A DNA stretch of 63,769 nt, counting the filler, from Octopus bimaculoides (taxonomy: Eukaryota): NCBI RefSeq assembly GCF_001194135.2. It is 4 parts of 4 records of this genome, joined end to end, with 100 filler letters (N's around TTAATTAATTAA, not from the genome) between each part and the next. Parts side by side here need not be neighbours in the genome. Positions count along the whole stretch, not along the records: positions 30,895 to 58,451 come from NC_068994.1; positions 58,552 to 62,297 come from NC_069003.1; positions 62,398 to 63,769 come from NC_068984.1; 1 more part is not named here. One strand, 5' to 3'. The translations under genes were made by a program, and so were the position numbers. Under the pieces are notes generated by a model. The model ran no database searches. It saw nothing but the letters and a program-made list of their open reading frames with translations, and was not told where the DNA came from. Shown here piece after piece: positions 54,060-63,769 of this stretch. The number at the start of each line of letters is the position of its first letter. Position 1 is the first letter of the stretch.

Positions 54060-54840
54060 TTCAGCTCAAGCATGGCCGCAGTCATTGGACTGTGGCCATG
54101 CTTGGACACAGCCTCGAAGGGTTTTAGTCGAACAAGTCGACCCCTGTACTTATCTTTTGTTAAAAAGCCTGCTACTTCTCCTTTAGGTGTCTTTTTGCTG
54201 AACTGCTAGGTTACGGTGCCGTAAACAAGCCAACAACAGTTTTCAAGTGGTGTAGAGGGACAAGTACAAAGGCATACACACACATACATACACACATACA
54301 TACACAAATACACACACACACGCNNNNNNNNNNTATGAAGGCGCATGGCTCAGTGGTAAGAGCATCGGTCTCACAGTCATGAGGTAGTGAGTTCGATTCC
54401 TGTTATGTCCTTGGGCAAGACACTTTATTCCACATTGTTCCAGTTCACTCGACAGTGGAAATGAGTTGCGACGTCACTGGTACCAAGCCTTTGCCTTTCC
54501 CTTGGGTAACATCGGTGTCTTGGGGAAGGGAGGCTGGTTTGCATGGGTGACTGCTGGTCGTCCATAAACAACCTTGCCCGGACTTGTGCTTAGGAGGGGA
54601 ACTTTCTGGGTGCAGTCCCATGGTCAGTCATGACCGAAGAGGATATTTACCCTTTACACACACGCCATACATTACATGCATATGCATACACGCGATAGGC
54701 TTCTTTCAGTTTCCGTCTTATCAAAGCATTGGTTGGTCCGGAGGTATAGTGAAAGACACATGTTCAGAATGCCACGTGGCGGGGACTGAACCTGGAACCA
54801 TGTGACTGGGAAGCAAACATTTTACCACACAACCACGCTG
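54060..54840. mobile_element. SINE A (minus) split at its central microsatellite by a C-related SINE (plus, 54335-54655)
   Basis: A tail at 54070-54270 and A head at 54690-54840 flank an insert with a GGCGCATGGCTCAGTGGTAAG..GAGTTCGATTCC head. Confidence 0.75.
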
Positions 54841-54888
54841 GAAATAACGTATATAGCTAAAACAGCGACACCAATTCCACAACCAATA

Positions 54889-54955
54889 AGTGGACTCCAC
54901 CTGTGAACTCGATCTGTGGACTCGATCTGTGGACTCGACCTGTGGACTCGATCTG
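54889..54955. repeat. 13-bp minisatellite, about 5 copies (CTGTGGACTCGAT)
   Basis: Visible tandem copies. Confidence 0.93.
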
Positions 54956-55117
54956 CGCAGTAAACTGAACTACGAGGTCACATTATTATTCATTGTGCCA
55001 CTTATATCTTTATTTAAAGATTTTAGGGAGTGGTTTGAGGGATATTTGGCTGCTAATTCTTGTAGGTTGTCGTTGTTGGTACAACGTGAGTTTACTAGAT
55101 TATCTCCCCTATTGGTT

Positions 55118-55770
55118 AGTGGAGGCGCAATGGCCCAGTGGTTAGGGCAGCGGACTTCCGGTCATAGGATCGCAGTTTCGATTCCCAGACCGGGCGTTGT
55201 GAGAGTTTATTGAACGAAAATACCTAAAGCTCCACGAGGCTCCGGCAGGGGATGGTGGCGAACCCTGCTGTACTCTTCCACCACAACTTTCTCTCACTCT
55301 TACTTCCTGTTTCTGTTGTGCCTGTAATTCAAAGGGTCAGCCTTGTCACACTCTGTGCCACGCTGAGTATCCCCGAGAACTACGTTAAGGGAACACGTGT
55401 CTGTGGAGTGCTCAGCCACTTGCACGTTAATCTCACGAGCAGGCTGTTCCGNNNNNNNNNNTTGTGAGAGTTTATTGAACGAAAATACCTAAAGCTCCAC
55501 GAGGCTCCGGCAGGGGATGGTGGCGAACCCTGCTGTACTCTTCCACCACAACTTTCTCTCACTCTTACTTCCTGTTTCTGTTGTGCCTGTAATTCAAAGG
55601 GTCAGCCTTGTCACACTCTGTGCCACGCTGAGTATCCCCGAGAACTACGTTAAGGGAACACGTGTCTGTGGAGTGCTCAGCCACTTGCACGTTAATCTCA
55701 CGAGCAGGCTGTTCCGTTGATCGTATCAACTAGAACCCTCGACGTCGTAAGCGATGGAGTGCCATCAACA
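55118..55770 (+). mobile_element. SINE family C; the internal duplication across a 10-N gap is probably an assembly artefact
   Basis: 55197-55451 is repeated identically at about 55462-55716. Confidence 0.9.
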
Positions 55771-56257
55771 ACGTGAGATTACTAGATTATCTCCCCTATT
55801 GGTTATTCTTTTTTCTTCAGATTTTTGAGCAAGCTTTTGAACGGTAGAGGATTCCATACTGGCGTTATGTCTTATGTTTATTGCTGTTACTGCTCATGTT
55901 GCTTTCGTTGTTGTTGTTGCTGATTGTTTGTTTAGAGAGAAGTTGGATGGAAGTTAAGTCAGTATGAAAGCAATCTGTTCGGTGAGAGGGTGAGAATGGA
56001 CGAAGGCAGTGGTGGTGGTCATCACCATTTGTCACATTTTTAAAGAACATGTATGTATATAAATATATATGCGCATTTATGTATGTCTATATGTATGTAT
56101 GCATGTTTGTATGTATGTATTTAGGTTGGTAGGTAGGTAGGTTTATATGTATACATATGTATATCTACGTATATATGTATATGTGTGTATATATACATAT
56201 ATATATATGCAATATATGCACGTACGGAAATAATCTAATACATGCATAGATAGATGA

Positions 56258-56330
<73 letters not shown>

Positions 56331-56413
56331 CGTATACGTGTGTGTGTGTGTGTGTGTCTGCCTGTCTGTCTGTCTAATACACACATTCACATGTACGCAT
56401 GAAATATTAATTG

Positions 56414-56503
<90 letters not shown>

Positions 56504-56728
56504 TATACACACACATGCTTATACACATGTACACACTCATGTATTAACATTCACATTTATAATGGAACTAGACAGCCAAACGGGTTAATGTTATGCGTCT
56601 GTTGTTTTAGCTTTTGCACATTGACCTAAAGACAATTACACGCATACATACCTTTGCACTCATATATATACATAATCACCTATATACATACATACATATA
56701 TATATATATATACATGCATATATATGTG

Positions 56729-56766
<38 letters not shown>

Positions 56767-56776
56767 NNNNNNNNNN

Positions 56777-56814
<38 letters not shown>

Positions 56815-57025
56815 AATATATATGTAGTTTTATGTGTCGGTATGCATGTATATATATATGTATGTGTGTGTATATATATCATATGTATATAGGTATATAT
56901 ATATATGTATATCTATATATGTATATATATATGTGTACTCTTTAAATCAGGATATTGCATTTATACGTATACACATATCTAGCCTTATATATTGTGTATA
57001 TATCTATAACCTAGCATGCTCACAC

Positions 57026-57116
<91 letters not shown>

Positions 57117-57432
57117 AAAAAACGCACACACTGACACGCCTGTGGTGTGTATATATATATACACTGGCTATATCGGCTTGTTACTAGCCGGATGGTTCTG
57201 TTTAATGCGGATAAAATACGCTATGATTTGCTTTAGTCTCTGACGTCACAACAAACATCGGACGGGACTGATTATCGAACGTACGTAAGTAAGTCAGGAA
57301 GCGACTGGCTGGGGCTGTATAAACACATCTCGCTCGCCAAAACGTTTTGGCTGCGTATATACATATCTTCGCTCGACACAATCTTGTGTGCACGCGCACT
57401 GACTCACTCACTCACACACATGCACACGTGTT

Positions 57433-57471
<39 letters not shown>

Positions 57472-58418
57472 ACATTCACACATATACATCCAGACCTATA
57501 GTACTGCATATACATATATACACTCACATATATACATAAACACACACACATGCACTCACTCTGACACACACACTCACAGACACACACATACATTTACATT
57601 CATATGCACATCAAGACATATGTCCATGCGTATATATGCATGCATACATACATACATACATGCATACATATATATACATACATACATGCATACATATATA
57701 TACATACATACACGCATACACATAATACATACATACGTACATACGTATACACACATACACATGATACATACATACCTGCGTACATATATATACACAAACA
57801 CATACGTACGTACATATATACATACAGACATACCTACTTACATACATTGGTCCATAAGTACACACACGCACACATATACACCCAGAAATACTCATGCATA
57901 AAGAATTATCTTTATGTATATCTGTGGATATCTATGTGTGTGTGTGTGTGTGTGTCTATGCGTACATATATACTTACGTCTACTTACATATATACATATT
58001 CATACTTATATACAAAAGTACACAATCACATATACATCTATACCCATGTACACCCGCGTTTCAATACAACTACGTCTTCCCTAAACGAGACCAACTCGTG
58101 AATAGATGCCATCTATTATTTCAGTTTCGATTCCGGATGGTGACTCTTTAACTCTTTTTATGTGTTACTGCAATCGAAAAACAAGGAATGAACGTCACAA
58201 ACTCCCATGCAGTCTAATACCCTAGTTCTATGCATGCTATATACAAGCCTAAGTAATTTGTTCGCTAGATTTTATCGTTTGGTTCTACAAAAAGGCATTT
58301 CTGTGTGATATGATGTTCGCTTCCCCATGCATGGCACCTTGGTCAAGTGTCTTTTACTATTGCCTCCATCCTCCGGACCCACAAAAGCCTTGTGAGGAAA
58401 CGAAAACAAGCCTTTTAT

Positions 58419-58451
<33 letters not shown>

Positions 58452-59312
58452 NNNNNNNNNNNNNNNNNNNNNNNNNNNNNNNNNNNNNNNNNNNNTTAAT
58501 TAATTAANNNNNNNNNNNNNNNNNNNNNNNNNNNNNNNNNNNNNNNNNNNNAATTAAAAGAAAGAATACATGTTATATTCCAATAAAAGGTAAACAAATG
58601 AAAAAAAGGAGATATGCTTACTAAGACATATATTTTGTGAAGAAAAATAGATTAGCCGTCTCAGTAGTAATCTAAATGAATAAAGCCTGTGGTAAAAGAA
58701 GAGAATAAAATCGCTCACGGTTTCGCAACAACTGCTGATCCATTTCAGTAGACACAGTTCAACAATTCACTAACATCTATTGGAATAGAACGAATTTTTC
58801 AGATTTTCTAAAATATCGGTTTCGAATTTTGGGGAGGAGGTAAGTCGAATATATCGACCACGAAAGGATGAAAGGCAAAGTCGACCTCGGCAGAATTTGA
58901 ACTCAGACCGTAAAGATGGACGAAATTCCACTAAGCCGCCTTACCTTTACGAAAATCTGGGAAGTCAAATTGTGACGATCACTTCTTCAATTAAGTGCAG
59001 ATTACCTCCCTTCCATCAATAATTCAGTTATTTTCCTTCCATTAAAGCCTGTGGTTATCTCCCTTGCATTAACTCTAACTTTACTTCCCTTGGTATGTGT
59101 ATTAGATATCGCAGTGTTGTATTGCCTTGAAAAAGGTAACGGTTGAAAACACTAATCATAATCCGCTTCATTAGGGACGACGTCGTCAATGACAACAACA
59201 ACAATATTGTTGCCAGCAAGACAACCTCTACGTAGTCGATTGCTTTTGCTGGCAAGTTGTACCCTACCATCGTAGATAATCTAGTTATAAGAACACAAAA
59301 GATAGAATGTAC

Positions 59313-59992
59313 GGCACGCCTACACATATGTACCCTCCAGCGTCTTTGTTTCCTCATAACCTTTCAGAAAAAATGGATATTTTTTTAATGAAATTTTCAA
59401 TAAATATGATTCACATGATGTAGATTTCGGATAGAGTTTTCGGAAATTTCACACGAGTCAGCTTTCTTTCCTGTTAACTTTCAGAAAAATTGGTATTTTT
59501 TTAATGAAATTTTCAACAAATATCTTTCTGAATGGATGGATAGATTATGAGTACATCGGAATTTAATATCAAAAACAAAATTGGTGAGCTCTCACACATA
59601 TATACTGGCACACATCACATACGTCTACTAAAAAGACTTGAAATTTCGAAAAAAATTGTGTCAGTATGTTTGTATGCGTGTTCACCATTTTTCTATTTTT
59701 ATTTTTCATATGACATTCCGATATAATCGTGATCTACACACTCTGAGAGGTATTTGTAGAAAATTTCATAAAAATGTACCCATTTTTCTGAAAGTCATAA
59801 GGCAACAAAGCCAACTTGTGTGAATTTTCTGAAACTTCTCCCCCTACCTTCGGAAAAAAAAAAACTTTTCACGACAAATTCCGAATCAACGTAATCTAAA
59901 AGATATTTGGAGAAAAATTCATTAAAACATGGTCATTTTTATGGCAGTTATGAGAAAACAAAGCCAGTGGTGCACACATTTGTAGGTATGCC
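59313..59992. mobile_element. About 680-bp fold-back MITE with long TIRs and subterminal repeats
   Basis: GGCACGCCTACACATATGT..CTTTGTTTCCTCATAAC matches the reverse complement of GTTATGAGAAAACAAAG..ATTTGTAGGTATGCC. TTTCAGAAAAAT..TTTTTTAATGAAATTTTCA occurs twice on the left and inverted on the right. Confidence 0.85.
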
Positions 59993-60372
59993 GAATGGAC
60001 ACGGTTAGAAGGTCTTTGATCAAAGATTTGCTAAATTATGTTTGACCTAGAATTAAACAATAATAATGATTATTATAAAATAATGATCTATTACGATTAG
60101 ATTTTTTTACTTTTTTCAGCCAATGCACAGCGACCGTGCTGGGGCACCGCCTTAAAGAGCTTAGACAAACAAATCGATCCTAGTACTTATACTTTGGCGA
60201 ACCACTAGATTAGAGAGGAGAAAACAAACCAATACTGGTTGTCAACCAGTTGCGAGGAACGAACGCAAGCATAAACACACACACACACGCACACATATTA
60301 CACACGCATACAGGCTGTTCGTGAATTATCTTTACAATTCGAAAAAAATTCAGGGAAAAATGTATAACCAAT

Positions 60373-60578
60373 GGGTGTCCACAAAGTCTGGGTACATGAA
60401 GTAAATAAAATCATGACATACACAATTAAATATGAGAAATAATAATTTCTTAATGTGTTAATCCCCGTGAGGGTACATGGAGTAAATAAAATCATAACAA
60501 ACAATTAAATGTACGAAATAATAATTTCTTAAAGTATGTGTTAATCCCCATGTACCCAGATTTTGTGGACACCCTGTA
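60373..60578. mobile_element. Tc1/mariner-type MITE with an internal tandem duplication of about 80 bp
   Basis: TIRs GGGTGTCCACAAAGTCTGGGTACATG and CATGTACCCAGATTTTGTGGACACCCTGTA; units start at 60390 and 60471. Confidence 0.88.
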
Positions 60579-61479
60579 CAAGAAAGTGTTCGACGGTACG
60601 CTGTGGAGATGATTCCCCCAGAGCCCCTAAAACTCGAACAGGCGTGACATTATTTATATACAGTCATGATGGACTGGCGATTCAGTTCGCTCGCGGTTTG
60701 ATTCAGGTACGTGATTTTGATATGCTACAAAAATGTCCATCGTTCTTGAATGAAATTAGGGTCGAGTTGTCATGCCTGTCTAAGACTTTTAGTTGTTTTG
60801 AAGAAGTCATCCCCACAGCGCTAAGCGCAGCGTACCGGTGAACAACCAGAGCACATGCATTGAGTATGTGCGTTCGATAACGTTTACAATACTAGCACTG
60901 CTTCTAATTCATTACACACACACACACACACATATATATTCTTTTATTCTTTTACTTGCTTCTGTCATTTGACTGCAGCCATGCTGGGGCACCGCCTGGA
61001 AAGGTTTTAGTCGAACAAATCGATCCCAGGATTTATTTTTTAAAGCCTAGTATTTATTCTATAGGAAAGTGGTTATACACCATTAGGTGTACACCTGCTT
61101 TCCTNNNNNNNNNNNNNNNNNNNNNNNNNNNNNNNNNNNNNNNNNNNNNNNNNNNNNNNNNNNNNNNNNNNNNNNNNNNNNNNNNNNNNNNNNNNNNNNN
61201 NNNNGTTATAATAAAAACAATTTTACATTAATCTGAGAGGGTTACTCTATATTTTTGTTGAGTACAAGTTTATTCTTAAACAAAAATATTGTTGACATGG
61301 ACTTCGAAGTTTCGGCTAGTTATATATATTTGTATACATATGTATGTATAAGTATATGTATATATGTGCGTGTGTGTATACGTTACTTGTACGTATGTAT
61401 GGATGGATGGATAAATGTATGTATGTATGTATGTATGTATGTATGTATGTATATATGTATGTATGTATGTATGCATGTA

Positions 61480-61510
<31 letters not shown>

Positions 61511-61943
61511 ATGTATACAGAGATGTTTTAGGAAGTTCTAATGAGACGGGGAACAAAAGCATTCAATACATAATACATATGCACGAATAAAAGAATAGCT
61601 GTGTGTGTGAGTGTGTGTGTGTGGGTGTGTGAGTGTGTATGTGTGTGTGTGTATTTGTATATGTGTGTATGCGTGTGTGCGTGTGTGCGTGCGTGCGTGC
61701 GTGCGTGCGTGATTCGTTTCCCTTCCCTGTTGTTAGGAAGTCGAGTCTCTACACAATCACTAAACTCCGGACCCCATTAATTTAGTTCTGTTTTTAAACT
61801 GATTACCACTCATTACAGTAATAAACAACTTCACCATCTTGACACGATGTCTATAATTTCCAGCAGAGATTAGGCCAAAGCCATAATAATCTGCGTCTAA
61901 AACATCTCCCTTTGGCCGATCCTCATACTACCACTCTTCCCTA

Positions 61944-61989
<46 letters not shown>

Positions 61990-62059
61990 CCCCCTCTCTC
62001 TCTCTCTCTCTTTCTCTATCCACTCTCTCTAAATAGTTTACTCGTTATTTACTGACACA

Positions 62060-62280
62060 AGACAGCGAGCTGGCAGAATAGTTAACATATCGAGCGAAAT
62101 GCTTAGCGGTATTTCGTCTGAGTTCAAATTCCGCCGAGGTCGACTTTGCCTTTTATCCTTTCGGGGTCGATTAAATAAGTACCAGTTACGCACTGGGGTC
62201 GATATAATCGACTTAATCTGTTTGTCTGTCCTTGTTTGTCCCCCCTGTGTATAACCCCTTGTGGGCAGTAAAGAAATGGG
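62060..62280 (+). mobile_element. SINE family B variant
   Basis: AGCGAGCTGGCAGAA..GAAATGCTTAGCGGTATTTCGTCTGAGTTCAAATTCCGCCGAGGTCGAC. Confidence 0.9.
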
Positions 62281-62912
62281 TATTTCGTCTGAGTTCANNN
62301 NNNNNNNNNNNNNNNNNNNNNNNNNNNNNNNNNNNNNNNNNTTAATTAATTAANNNNNNNNNNNNNNNNNNNNNNNNNNNNNNNNNNNNNNNNNNNNTAT
62401 ATATATATATATATGTATATATGCCTAGACGTGCAAATATGTCTATGCATGCACAGGTGTACAATTATGTATGCTTGCATACATAGGCATGTGCACGTTT
62501 GTGTATGTATGTATCTGTATCTCTGCGTGTATATATATTAAATAGCATACAAGATAAATGATTGATTTATTAAAAATGACTTCCGTTTTCAGAGTGGGTA
62601 ATCCATTCACTTGGGTGTAATTGGTGTGAGCTTCAAATAAGAAGGGGAGATAATGTTAAAATCAAGAATTTCTTCAAAACAGACTTACCATTAAAACAAC
62701 AGTCTCATCTAATGACAGGAGAACTGCTGTTTACATATGTTTCTTCTACAGTAAACATCATCAAACAGCATTTTCTTGCCTTAGCTCAAGCAGATGAGAC
62801 ACTTAGACATATAAAGAACAAGCATAGAACACATTTGTGACCCAAGTAACAAAATTGAGCCGAGAGAAATGACTGTCATTCATCTGTTTCTCATAATTTC
62901 TTCTCTCCGTTA

Positions 62913-62977
<65 letters not shown>

Positions 62978-63769
62978 GTCTGCTCTCTTCAACCTTTTCT
63001 GTGCTGACAGTTATCACCTCTTCTTCTGTTGACATTTGTCACTCATTCTTATCACTCTCCCTCAACTCACAAATTACCATCAATTACTCCTCCACTCTAG
63101 TTCACTGTTCGCTCTACCTCTACTCCTATCTCTCAATCCTATCTCTCAATCCTATCTCTCTTCACATCACTACTTGCCTACTCTTTCCAAATTTCTGTTC
63201 CCACACACTCTTCTTTTCACTTTCCTATACCTTGATAACATGTGACAGCTCCTCAACATCATTTTTATCTCCCTTTCCTTCTCCATCATAATTATCCACG
63301 CCTATGCTTCTATAAAGCAAGGTGACTATGTATCTATTTCACAGCAAGAAACCACCTGCTCCTTCTATCCTACTTCAAGCTCTCAACATCTGGGATAGAG
63401 CCATCTCCCTCTCTACTCTCACGCAGTCAAAGATACTCTTTAGTTTTTTTAGTTACTTGGCAACCTCCTTTGTGGTGGTGTCATGGAAAATGTACCCAGT
63501 ATTCTCTATTAAATGTATTTATTGGTATTAGGAAGGGTTTTGTTCCCTTGAAATCATACCAAAGCAGACAAGCATGACACAGTCTACCTTGTCACATCCT
63601 ATCATACCGTCAAACCCATATCAACTTGAACGATCGGTAGTAAATGATGATAATTATTTCGGTGTATTTCAGTGTGTTACTCTTTTACATGAATATATAC
63701 GTACATATACACATACATACATATATACATACATACATACATTATATATATATATATATATATATATAT

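Overview
Repeat-dominated eukaryotic draft-genome window with many N gaps and very dense microsatellites. The SINE families and composition look like an Octopus-type cephalopod scaffold (inference from recall, not a search). I find no intact host gene, rRNA, tRNA gene or CRISPR array. Almost all listed ORFs are microsatellite or N-gap artefacts. Supportable content: decayed mariner (close to Hsmar1), pogo/Tigger, hAT and Tc1-type MITE pieces; LINE remnants of four kinds (RTE, Tx1/L1-like, RLE-endonuclease, possibly CR1/L2); a Penelope-like GIY-YIG remnant; and three tRNA-headed SINE families (my labels A, B, C). The most interesting signal is a set of minimal type I hammerhead ribozyme motifs. 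Three have an intact core (9713+, 36406-, 52290+), one has a core mutation (14844-), and three are degenerate. The four clear ones share an extra A after the core and a loopless palindromic helix III (ACGU or AUAU), which implies dimer-dependent cleavage. Other signals: apparent (CATA)n and (ATT)n targeting by two LINE groups, a 217-bp duplication with a perfectly conserved splice-like core, several long fold-back hairpins, and a GC-rich candidate exon whose only in-frame stops are two UAG codons. Repeat boundaries were read by eye and are approximate.
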